A stretch of 64,000 bases of DNA, taken from NCBI GenBank assembly GCA_026415615.1, contig JAOAGT010000002.1, forward strand, positions 448,545 through 512,544. The letters run 5' to 3'. Below the pieces are notes generated by a model, which did not search any database, was not told the DNA's origin, and saw only the letters and a list, made by a program, of their open reading frames with translations. The translations under genes and the position numbers were made by a program. Source of the DNA: Thermoleophilia bacterium. GTDB taxonomy: Bacteria; Actinomycetota; Thermoleophilia; RBG-16-64-13. Each line of letters begins with the position of its first letter. Position 1 is the stretch's first letter. Positions 1 to 7,863 of the stretch are shown piece by piece.

Positions 1-214
1 CTCTCTTCTTGAGTTTCTCGTAGGGTTTATCCGTGACAACGAGATCACCTGCGTTTACGTGACTCACGAACTTACCGAAGCGCTTCAGCTTGCCGATCGG
101 ATTGTAGAGATCGGTGCTGACCGCATCCTTCGCGAGCTCGATCTTAGCGACCGCGCAGCCGTGGCGCGAGAGTGGCTTGCCCGCTCGTTGGGAAGATTAG
201 GGGGCGTGGCGTAG
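1..214 (+). CDS. ABC transporter ATP-binding protein, C-terminal fragment (5' end outside window)
   Basis: Frame 2 reads ...ITCVYVTHELTEALQLADRIVEIGADRIL... up to TAG at 212-214. The H-loop-like VTHE followed by EAL.LADRIV resembles ABC ATPase C-termini. The opposite strand is also open here, so strand assignment is tentative. Confidence 0.4.
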   Translation, partial: SLLEFLVGFIRDNEITCVYVTHELTEALQLADRIVEIGADRILRELDLSDRAAVAREWLARSLGRLGGVA

Positions 215-309
215 ACTGAATCCCCGCCAGCACACGTCCCGCCAACACTAGACTACCGTTGGATCCTTTCCGAGGCCGTGTCGCCCTAGCATAGTCCCAG
301 GCAAACATC

Positions 310-786
310 TTGGGGAAAGGAGGCACGGTGTTCCAGAAGCAGCCGTGGATGCAGCGTGCGGGCGAGTATCCAGCGGACGACCAGGGGTACTTTAGTTTGC
401 TAGCAAGGGCGGTGTTCTCTGCTGGCTTAGGGCCCAAGGTTGTGGAAGCTCGGTGGCCCCACATCTGTGCGGCTTTCCACGACTTTGATCCTAGGCAAGT
501 GGCGGCTATGGGGGAGGCTGATGTAACAAGACTTCTGACCGATCCTCACGTGATTCGGAACCGCAGGAAGATCGAGGCTGTACTGGAGAACGCACGCCGG
601 TTTCTGTCTTGTCTAGAGGAGTCCGGGGTGAATTTCCACGATTACCTGCGTAGTCTTGGAGCAGAAAAAGATCTAGATATTGTTGCAGAGAGACTGTCTC
701 AAACCTTCGTTCACCTTGGCCGACCCTCGGCTCTCTTCTTTCTTTTCAGCGCTGGGTGGCGGCCGCGAGACATGGGCTTCGCGTGA
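310..786 (+). CDS. tag: DNA-3-methyladenine glycosylase I (Tag) family protein
   Basis: AFHDFDPRQVAAMGEADVTRLLTDPHVIRNRRKIEAVLENARRFL matches the conserved Tag core (CFHQFDPVKVAAM...IIRHRGKIQAIIGNARAYL). The N-terminal YHDNEWG motif and C-terminal zinc ligands are not recognisable. Confidence 0.55.
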   Translation: MGKGGTVFQKQPWMQRAGEYPADDQGYFSLLARAVFSAGLGPKVVEARWPHICAAFHDFDPRQVAAMGEADVTRLLTDPHVIRNRRKIEAVLENARRFLSCLEESGVNFHDYLRSLGAEKDLDIVAERLSQTFVHLGRPSALFFLFSAGWRPRDMGFA

Positions 787-913
787 GTGGTTTGAAGTCG
801 CGATTACCTGGTTAACACACTATTATGTTGTCAGGGGGTGAAATCAGCTGGCACGCCAGCGAGCTCTCCCGGCGGTTGGTTACGACGCCGGGCGGGGTAG
901 GAAAGGAGGCGCT

Positions 914-1189
914 GTGGATCCGGTGATCCTGCAGGAGTACCAACTCAAGCTCGCTAAGTGGCTTGGACAAGGGTATCGACTTCTAGCAGACGACGTGGAC
1001 GGGACACTGCGCATTACGGTGCACTACGTCTCACACGACGGAGCCGTGGGCAGCGAGCGGGATCAGGAGTACTGGCCTATGGCTCCCGAGATAGTGCAGA
1101 TGCTGGAGCAAAACGGTATCGAGATTTCGCGTGCCTTAGCTGGTCCCAGGCCGTGGTCCGGGGGGCCGACTCCTGACGAGCTTGAATAG
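914..1189 (+). CDS. hypothetical small protein (91 aa)
   Basis: ORF with AAAGGAGG ribosome-binding site upstream of a GTG start. No recognisable motif. Confidence 0.35.
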   Translation: MDPVILQEYQLKLAKWLGQGYRLLADDVDGTLRITVHYVSHDGAVGSERDQEYWPMAPEIVQMLEQNGIEISRALAGPRPWSGGPTPDELE

Positions 1190-1296
1190 GGGGCACTCCG
1201 ATCGGCGCACTCTTCCCGCGCGTGGTGGTATCTTGTCGCAGTGCAATTCAGTATGTCGTATTGCACTCAGTGAAGACTTAGGAAAGGAGACCCCCC

Positions 1297-2478
1297 TTGT
1301 CTAGAAATGTTGTTATTGTCAGCGGCGCTCGTACTCCGGTAGGGCGCTTTCTAGGAACTCTGTCCGAAATTCCAGCTCCTAAGCTGGGCGCGATTGCCAT
1401 CCGCGAGGCTGTAAGGCGGGCGGGCATCGAGCCGGGAGAGGTCCAAGAGGTGATCATGGGACATGTGCTCTCGGGAGGCACCGGCCAAGGACCAGCTCGG
1501 CAGGCTGCTCTGATGGCTGGGCTGCCGCAGGAGGTTCCAGCTTGGTCGCTCAACCTGGTGTGCGGATCCGGTATGAAGGCTGTCCACGCCGCGGCCGAGG
1601 CCATTAAGGCTGGAGATGCTGAGGTTATCGTGGCCGGAGGCATGGAGAATATGAGCCTCGGTCCCTATATTGTTCCGAAAGCGCGTACCGGGTACCGCAT
1701 GGGCGACGGTGTGCTGCAGGATTTGATGATTCTGGACGGCCTCTGGTGTGCCATGAACCAGTACCACATGGGCATAACAGCCGAGAATGTGGCTGCCAAG
1801 TATGGCATCACCCGCGAGATGCAGGATCAAATAGCTTACGAGAGCCAAAAGCGGGCGGCTGCAGCTATTGCGGCGGGCAAGTTCAAGGCTGAGATAGTGC
1901 CTGTGGAAATCCCGCAGCGTAAAGGCGAGCCGCTTATCTTCGACACTGACGAGCATCCGCGGCCGGACACGACCCTGGAGGGGCTGGCCAAGCTTAAGCC
2001 AGCTTTCAAGGAAGATGGCACGGTGACCGCCGGGAATGCTTCCGGCATAAACGACGCAGCGGCAGCATTCGTGGTAGCTTCGGAAGAGTGGGCGCAGAGA
2101 AAAGGCATTAAGCCTCTTGCCACGATTGTCGAGTATGCGACTGCCGGTCTTGACCCTGCCTACATGGGTATGGGCCCCTATTACGCTACCAAGAAGGTGC
2201 TGGCCAAAGCGGGTATGAGCTTGGATGAGATGGATATCATCGAGTCCAACGAGGCTTTTGCAGCTCAGTGTGGTGCGGTGGCTAAGGAGCTAGGTCTTGA
2301 CATGTCCAAGACGAACGTATACGGGGGGGCGATCGCGCTTGGACATCCCATCGGGGCCTCCGGTGCTCGCATTCTGCTTACTCTGATCTCTGCGTTGAGG
2401 CAAGAAGGCGGCACTTACGGGCTGGCCACCATGTGCATAGGTGGTGGGCAGGGTATTGCTACCATTGTCAAGGTCTGA
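1297..2478 (+). CDS. acetyl-CoA C-acetyltransferase (thiolase II)
   Basis: [24 protein letters not shown] (active-site Cys region), C-terminal [18 protein letters not shown] and CIGGGQG thiolase signatures. 393 aa. Confidence 0.9.
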   Translation: MSRNVVIVSGARTPVGRFLGTLSEIPAPKLGAIAIREAVRRAGIEPGEVQEVIMGHVLSGGTGQGPARQAALMAGLPQEVPAWSLNLVCGSGMKAVHAAAEAIKAGDAEVIVAGGMENMSLGPYIVPKARTGYRMGDGVLQDLMILDGLWCAMNQYHMGITAENVAAKYGITREMQDQIAYESQKRAAAAIAAGKFKAEIVPVEIPQRKGEPLIFDTDEHPRPDTTLEGLAKLKPAFKEDGTVTAGNASGINDAAAAFVVASEEWAQRKGIKPLATIVEYATAGLDPAYMGMGPYYATKKVLAKAGMSLDEMDIIESNEAFAAQCGAVAKELGLDMSKTNVYGGAIALGHPIGASGARILLTLISALRQEGGTYGLATMCIGGGQGIATIVKV

Positions 2479-2496
2479 GAAGAAAGGAAGAAGGAA

Positions 2497-2721
2497 GTGA
2501 GAGACCGCGTAGAAAAAGCGCTCGAGATGATTCGGCCAGCCCTTCAGAATGATGGAGGAGATGTGGAGCTGGTCGACGTCGACGAGACCACCGGTGTGGT
2601 CAAGCTCAAGCTGGTAGGCGCCTGCGGCAGCTGTCCCATGTCGCAAATGACATTGCGCATGGGTGTGGAGCGCATACTCAAAGAGCAGGTCCCCGAGGTT
2701 GTAGAAGTTCAGGCTGTTTGA
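2497..2721 (+). CDS. NifU-like (Nfu-type) Fe-S cluster assembly domain protein
   Basis: 74 aa with [13 protein letters not shown] CxxC motif typical of the NifU C-terminal domain. Ribosome-binding site GGAAGAAGGAAG upstream. Confidence 0.75.
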   Translation: MRDRVEKALEMIRPALQNDGGDVELVDVDETTGVVKLKLVGACGSCPMSQMTLRMGVERILKEQVPEVVEVQAV

Positions 2722-2749
2722 AGCTGGCCAGCTTGTGGTCAGAGCTCGC

Positions 2750-3067
2750 CTAGGGCTTGACCCGTAAGAGCCAGCCCAGAGAACGGTCGAACTCGGTTTT
2801 GAGTAGGTTGAGCTGGGCAGCGGCGGCGGAGAGGGCTTGCAGCCTCTCCGCCGCCGCTGCTTGACTTTCCGCGGCCTCTTCCAGTCGCAAGGATACTGTC
2901 TGTGCCTGGCGGACGATGGCTGCTGCTTGCGCTCGGGCCGAAACACCCAGAACTCGGGCCCTTTTTAGTGCTCCTAGTCCTTGGACGACGGCATAAATTG
3001 ATCCGGCCAGCACCAGGATGCAGCCGACCCCCAAGCATATCAACATGATCAGAGTGCTCATGCTCAT
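2750..3067 (-). CDS. small membrane-anchored Ala-rich coiled-coil protein
   Basis: N-terminal TM helix (LIMLICLGVGCILVLAGSIYAVV) followed by an Ala/Gln/Leu-rich helical region. Lies immediately downstream of the NlpC/P60 gene on the same strand. The overlapping ORF 2739..3083 in another frame is Arg/Ser/Gly-rich junk. Confidence 0.4.
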   Translation of the reverse strand: MSMSTLIMLICLGVGCILVLAGSIYAVVQGLGALKRARVLGVSARAQAAAIVRQAQTVSLRLEEAAESQAAAAERLQALSAAAAQLNLLKTEFDRSLGWLLRVKP

Positions 3068-3076
3068 AGGGCAACT

Positions 3077-4384
3077 CTACCAAAAGGCGGGAGGACCCAC
3101 ACGGGGTTTCAGATCAAACCGCCTGATAAGAGCAAGATCGGAACGTTCGCTTAAGCGGGATATTCTCACCACGTCGCCGGTCCGGGGGGCGTGGATGAAC
3201 AGCCCTTCCCCTATGTAGATCCCTACGTGGTAAACAGGCCACCCGAAGGCCAGCAAGTCACCAGGGCGTATGTCCTGTGGTTGCACAGGAGTGCCCATTT
3301 GAGCCTGGCTGCCGGAGTAGTGGGGCAGATACACGCCATGCTGAGCATAGACGTACGCAGTGAATCCAGAGCAATCAAACCCAGTTGAAGGCCGGTCGCC
3401 AGCCCAAACATACGGAGTACCAAGGTAAGCTGCCGCAGTCTCGAGAAGCTGTGTGACAATGTCAATCTCGCTCTGAGGGGAGCCGGAGAGAGTTACTCGT
3501 GCGCCACTTACGATTGCAGCAAGGGTTGTCCTCAATCGGGCCTGTTCTTCTTCCTGTCGTTTTCGCTCTTGCTCAATGATCTGACGAATCTCGTCATTGA
3601 GTTGATTAAGAACGGTCTCCCGTGCTGCCAGAGCGGTTTGTATCTCTCGCCGCTTGGCCTCGATTTGGGTTCGCAGCTCTACTTGTTCTTGCTTGACCTT
3701 GTCTACCTCTTGGACCAGTTCCTCAAGCCTATCAGTACTCCTCTGCACGCTTTCTAGGGCCCGCTCGTCCTCTTCAGCCAACATCATGCCAAGACGGATC
3801 CGGTAGACGAGGTCGGTAAACCCTTGAGCTTCAAGCACGAGTTGGAAAAAGCGCGAGCGTCCGCCGGACTTGTAAAGGGCGCAGAGGTGCCTTTCCCACT
3901 TTCTCACCTGATAGGCGTGGTCTTTTTCAGCTTGGTCAAGGTCACGCCGAAGCTCAAGCAGCCTCACATTTGTTTCGTCAAGCTTGACCTGAAGCTGGTT
4001 GTAGTTTTCGGTGTAGCGCTCAAGTTCTTGGTCAAGCCTGTCTATCTCACTCTGAATGGCCTTTGCTTGGGCCTCTAGGTTGTCGACTGTAGCCTGTGCA
4101 GAGCGGGATAGCGGCCCGGAGTAGGGACCTACAGGGTAGGCGGCTCTCACGGTAGTTCCTACGAGGAAGACTGGGACAAGGAGGACGAACACAAGGCTCG
4201 TCAGCAGCACGACTTTGGCGACGCTGATTCCTTGGCAGCGCGCGTACTTCTTCGCGTTGGTTGCGTGGGGCGCTTGTCGGACCGCGCTCTGTTGTACGGT
4301 ATTTGTCCGGGTTCGCAAGGGGCTGCCTCTGCCGGTATAGTCTTGTTCGACGATTCGTTTGTCTGCAATGCTATCTTTAAACAA
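3077..4384 (-). CDS. NlpC/P60 (C40) family peptidoglycan endopeptidase with N-terminal TM anchor and long coiled-coil domain
   Basis: C-terminal GTPYVWAGDRPSTGFDCSGFTAYVY...H.GIYIGEG...IHAP catalytic Cys/His pattern. Central Q/E/L/R-rich heptad region. TM segment LLTSLVFVLLVPVFLVG. Resembles CwlO/RipA-type hydrolases. Confidence 0.85.
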   Translation of the reverse strand: MFKDSIADKRIVEQDYTGRGSPLRTRTNTVQQSAVRQAPHATNAKKYARCQGISVAKVVLLTSLVFVLLVPVFLVGTTVRAAYPVGPYSGPLSRSAQATVDNLEAQAKAIQSEIDRLDQELERYTENYNQLQVKLDETNVRLLELRRDLDQAEKDHAYQVRKWERHLCALYKSGGRSRFFQLVLEAQGFTDLVYRIRLGMMLAEEDERALESVQRSTDRLEELVQEVDKVKQEQVELRTQIEAKRREIQTALAARETVLNQLNDEIRQIIEQERKRQEEEQARLRTTLAAIVSGARVTLSGSPQSEIDIVTQLLETAAAYLGTPYVWAGDRPSTGFDCSGFTAYVYAQHGVYLPHYSGSQAQMGTPVQPQDIRPGDLLAFGWPVYHVGIYIGEGLFIHAPRTGDVVRISRLSERSDLALIRRFDLKPRVGPPAFW

Positions 4385-4471
4385 TGCTATCTCTAATTAT
4401 CGGCAACATGATATCTAGACTTGTCATGCTTTCGTTCGGCGAAGGTGTGGTATACTACGCAGCCCATACGG

Positions 4472-4548
<77 letters not shown>

Positions 4549-4552
4549 TAAC

Positions 4553-4585
4553 GAAGCCCTGCTTTTGCAGGGCTTCCTATTTTCC
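4553..4585 (+). terminator. intrinsic terminator after tRNA-fMet
   Basis: Hairpin AAGCCCTGC-TTTT-GCAGGGCTT followed by CCTATTTTCC. Confidence 0.5.
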
Positions 4586-4669
4586 GCATGAGTTGCAGCG
4601 GTCTCGCTGACGGGGCTATGGACTAGCATCGCTGTGTAGCAAGATCTTCATACCTTCGCCTCAGGCTCG

Positions 4670-5269
4670 TTACTCTCCCCACTTGGCCTCGATATCGCTA
4701 AAGATATCGCGCTGAAAAACAACGTACGAAGGGGTCGCGTCTTCTGGCATGGCGAAAGCCACCGCCCCTTTGACGGTCTTGCCAGGTAGCACCTGGCCGG
4801 TGCCAAGATCAGGCTTGCTGCAAGGGGCCATCAGCGACTCGTACTTCATGCCCTCAGTGTCGTACATCGTGAAGGCGAGCGCATTGTAGCTGTATGGCTC
4901 ATCGCCGATATTGCTGATGCTGACCATGCAATAAACGGCCTTCTGGTTAGGCTCAAGCAGCATCTCGCGGGTGATTTCGTCAAGATTGGCTGTGTCGTCC
5001 ACTGGGGCTGCTACGGTAATCTCCAGGCCCTTGAGCTTGGCAGTGCCTCCCCAGGGTTCTTCTACGACACCAGAAATCTTGACACCAGAAATCTTGGAAG
5101 TGGTTGTTTGCGGCTCTTTCGTCGGGCTGGGCTTGGCAGAGCTGTCGGTCGGTACTGATGTCTCAGTTGTCTCTGCAGCCGTAATAGTTCCAGTTTCGCT
5201 CACCGTGCAGCCAGCAGTGGCCACTAGCGTCAGACCGACTACGAGCAGGGCTAATAGCAACCTTGGCAT
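4670..5269 (-). CDS. lipoprotein with Thr/Ser/Pro-rich linker and C-terminal DUF4352-like domain
   Basis: Start placed at internal MPRLLLALLVVGLTLVATAGC (signal peptide plus lipobox Cys). The upstream part of the six-frame ORF, up to 5362, is Arg-rich and probably not translated. A linker ETTETSVPTDSSAKPSPTKEPQTTTS precedes a beta-rich C-terminal domain. Confidence 0.6.
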   Translation of the reverse strand: MPRLLLALLVVGLTLVATAGCTVSETGTITAAETTETSVPTDSSAKPSPTKEPQTTTSKISGVKISGVVEEPWGGTAKLKGLEITVAAPVDDTANLDEITREMLLEPNQKAVYCMVSISNIGDEPYSYNALAFTMYDTEGMKYESLMAPCSKPDLGTGQVLPGKTVKGAVAFAMPEDATPSYVVFQRDIFSDIEAKWGE

Positions 5270-5548
5270 GAGCTTCCTCCTTGTTTTGGAATGTCTGACT
5301 TGTCTTGCTCTGCATGATAGTCGGGCCTGCGGACGGCTAGTTGGCTCGGTCGGGCTATCCATGCTCGCAGGAAGGGTCTTACCTCGAGTCCGTCTGCTTT
5401 GTCATCTCAGTTGCCACGTGGATCGGCTTGACAGCGTAAACAGGGGGCAATCAAAAAGTGACTCGAGACAAGCCGAATAAAGTCTCAGAATCGTAGGTTT
5501 AGCAGGATTATGCAGCGACCTATCTCGATGACCCGCCGCTGGACTAGC

Positions 5549-5926
5549 TCAGGACTGGGTATGAGCTTCTCCTTGCTCCTCAACAGCTCGCCGCGCTGCC
5601 TTTTGTACAAGCCATTGGTCGAGCTTGCTCTGCAACAAACGCCTCTGTTCAGGGCCCATGGCCTGCACAGCTGCTTCAACAATCATTTTTTGCTCGGGTG
5701 AAAGATCTGGAGAAAGCCGGTAGTGCATCCATAGGCCATGGCGAGTGAAATCCACAAGCCCAGCATGATAAAGATACCTAAGATGTCTTGAAACCTTAGA
5801 CTGAGTGAGGCCGAAACTGCCCACAAAATCGCAAACGCAGAGTTCTCCCCGATCATGTAGCAGGGCCACCATCTGGAGCCGAGTCTCCTCGGCCAAGGCC
5901 TTGAGTGTTTCAACAACCTGGTTCAC
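5549..5926 (-). CDS. ArsR/SmtB family transcriptional regulator
   Basis: ELCVCDF...LTQSKVSRHLRYLYHAGLV winged-HTH with the CVC metal-sensing motif. Confidence 0.8.
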   Translation of the reverse strand: MNQVVETLKALAEETRLQMVALLHDRGELCVCDFVGSFGLTQSKVSRHLRYLYHAGLVDFTRHGLWMHYRLSPDLSPEQKMIVEAAVQAMGPEQRRLLQSKLDQWLVQKAARRAVEEQGEAHTQS

Positions 5927-6177
5927 TGGCGATCGCTTGCAAAGGCGCGCTCTGTATTGTCTGCCGCTAGATTGTCAGTTTAGCCTCACATGCGCTGAAT
6001 GATAGCGCTTGAACTAGGGTCTGCAAGGTACTTGCCGACAAAAGCTAGTGTGCGGGAGGCGCGGGTGGCCGAAATCAGCTTACCCGTTGCTACCCCTTTG
6101 GGTTGGGAACTTATCCGAGTGTACTGTGGTCTAGTAACGGGTAGAGTAGTGTCGGTGATGCCAACGTTGGAGGCAGC

Positions 6178-7818
6178 ATGGGAGCCGCCCGCAGCAATCA
6201 CGGAACTAGGGCGCGAGCATCTTGGCGCTCTCTCTGGCACGCGTTGCTTTCTGCAGTTCTTCCGGGTGCAGGTCAGCTTGCGGCTGGGGCGAAAGCTCGA
6301 GGCTTTGCCATGGTGGCTGCAAGTGTTTTTGTGGCTGCAGCGGCTGGGATAGTTGCTGTGGTAGCCGGTCTTGACAACATGCTTGCCTGGGTGATTGCGC
6401 CGTCGGTGCTTTTGCTTCTCATTTTGCTGGATGGGGCCTTACTGGCCTTCAGGGTGTTTGCGGTAGTCGACGCCTACAGAGTCCCGCGTCGGTCAGATAT
6501 AACCTGGCCTCCTCAGGTGGTGGGATCCCGAGTTGAGTTTCGTGCTGCTCAGCGCCAACACCGGGCTTCGTTGGCAGCGGGGCTTCTTCTTGCTCTACTT
6601 GTCTTGTTCACCGCCGTACCCCACCTTGTTGCTGGCTATTACCTGTATGTCTCGCGCGATTTGGTGATGAGTGTATTCTCTAGTGAGGGTATTCCTGGGG
6701 GCTCCACAGACGTATGCACCACTGTAGTGGTCAGCCATACTGAAAGCAGGGGCAGCGGCTCCCTCGCTGTTTCTACAACAGGCTCAAGCGCGACATCCAA
6801 TGGCGGTACTTCGACGACCTATCCAGTTTCTAGTTCTACAGCTGCCTCTACTGGCGCCTCCGAACCGGGCTCTCTAGGTCCGACCTCGTCTGGGGAGGAG
6901 ATACCAGTTGTGGCTGACGATGACGGAAGACTTACGGTCTTGTTGATAGGAACCGATGCTGGATACGGACGCAGTGGCGCTAGAGCGGATAGCATAATGG
7001 TAGCCACTGCAAACCTAGAGACTGGGCGGGTGGCTCTATTTGGAATAGCGCGGAATACAGGTAGTGTTCCTCTAAGCCAACCAGCAGCGAGAGCCTTGGG
7101 CACCAAGGTCTACCTGAACTTAATCAGCTCCCTTTACTCTGACGCACGTGAGCACCCAGAGCTTGCTCCTGAGGGACAGGATCCTGGCGCAGTTGTGCTG
7201 CGCGACACGGTTAGCATGTTGCTTGGGATCCCCATTGACTATTACGCAGTAGTGGATATGGGCGGATTTGTCAAAGTTGTAGACGCTTTGGGTGGAGTTA
7301 CTTTGAATGTGAAAGAGCGGGTGCAAGTGCGTCTTTCGCCGCCTACCCCTGACGAGGAATGGAGGGTCTACGACATTGAGCCGGGTGTACGGCACTTGAG
7401 CGGTCTTGAGGCGCTCGCCTTTGCCCGTTCGCGCACAGGGAGCAGCGACTACGTTCGTATGGGGAGGCAGCGTTGCATACTTGCGGCACTTTTGTATCAG
7501 AATGGAGCAGCAGAATTTCTTCTCAAATTTCCTAAGCTGGCGGAGGTTATAAAAGACAGCGTAAAGACTGATGTCCCGCTTGAGACCATTCAAGCATTGA
7601 TCAAATCCCGTTCGCGCCTGAAGGCGGACGAAATAATAACCGTAGGATTCACTCGGCCAAAATACACCACGGGTATCAATTCCATGGGCTATAACATCTT
7701 GGATGTTGATTTGGTCCAGCGTACTGTGCGTGAGATCATTGAACATCCAGAGGAAGTAATGGCTAAGTCTGGCACCGACCAGTCGCTCGACACTTACGAC
7801 TGTTGGAAGGTCAAGTAG
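6178..7818 (+). CDS. LytR-CpsA-Psr (LCP) family cell-envelope phosphotransferase
   Basis: N-terminal TM. Ser/Thr-rich low-complexity linker. LCP core RADSIMVATANLETGRVALFGIARNT ... YYAVVDMGGFVKVVDALGGV ... FARSRTGSSDYVRMGRQ. GGAGG ribosome-binding site 5 nt upstream of ATG. Confidence 0.8.
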   Translation: MGAARSNHGTRARASWRSLWHALLSAVLPGAGQLAAGAKARGFAMVAASVFVAAAAGIVAVVAGLDNMLAWVIAPSVLLLLILLDGALLAFRVFAVVDAYRVPRRSDITWPPQVVGSRVEFRAAQRQHRASLAAGLLLALLVLFTAVPHLVAGYYLYVSRDLVMSVFSSEGIPGGSTDVCTTVVVSHTESRGSGSLAVSTTGSSATSNGGTSTTYPVSSSTAASTGASEPGSLGPTSSGEEIPVVADDDGRLTVLLIGTDAGYGRSGARADSIMVATANLETGRVALFGIARNTGSVPLSQPAARALGTKVYLNLISSLYSDAREHPELAPEGQDPGAVVLRDTVSMLLGIPIDYYAVVDMGGFVKVVDALGGVTLNVKERVQVRLSPPTPDEEWRVYDIEPGVRHLSGLEALAFARSRTGSSDYVRMGRQRCILAALLYQNGAAEFLLKFPKLAEVIKDSVKTDVPLETIQALIKSRSRLKADEIITVGFTRPKYTTGINSMGYNILDVDLVQRTVREIIEHPEEVMAKSGTDQSLDTYDCWKVK

Positions 7819-7863
7819 GTCAACTAAGGCGCGACGTGCCAACCGTTCGAGGAGAGAACAACG

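Noticed and set aside
1-170. Minus-strand reading of the first 170 nt as the N-terminus of a gene
   Set aside because: Open frame but no ATG/GTG start with a ribosome-binding site before an in-frame stop. The plus-strand frame gives a recognisable ABC ATPase C-terminus, so it was preferred. Still uncertain.
144-464. 106 aa minus-strand ORF
   Set aside because: Arg/Pro-rich, overlaps both the ABC fragment and the Tag-like gene on the opposite strand. Typical high-GC antisense open frame.
1351-1956. 201 aa antisense ORF inside the thiolase gene
   Set aside because: The thiolase on the plus strand has unambiguous signatures. The antisense product is low-complexity.
2739-3083. 114 aa ORF in alternative frame to the small membrane protein
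   Set aside because: Translation is Arg/Ser/Gly/Pro-rich without hydrophobic core. The 2750..3067 frame gives a TM helix plus helical domain.
6700-6900. Possible nucleotide-level tandem repeat in the Ser/Thr-rich tract of the LCP gene
   Set aside because: The amino-acid composition is biased, but the DNA shows no exact tandem unit. Treated as a low-complexity linker, not a repeat element.
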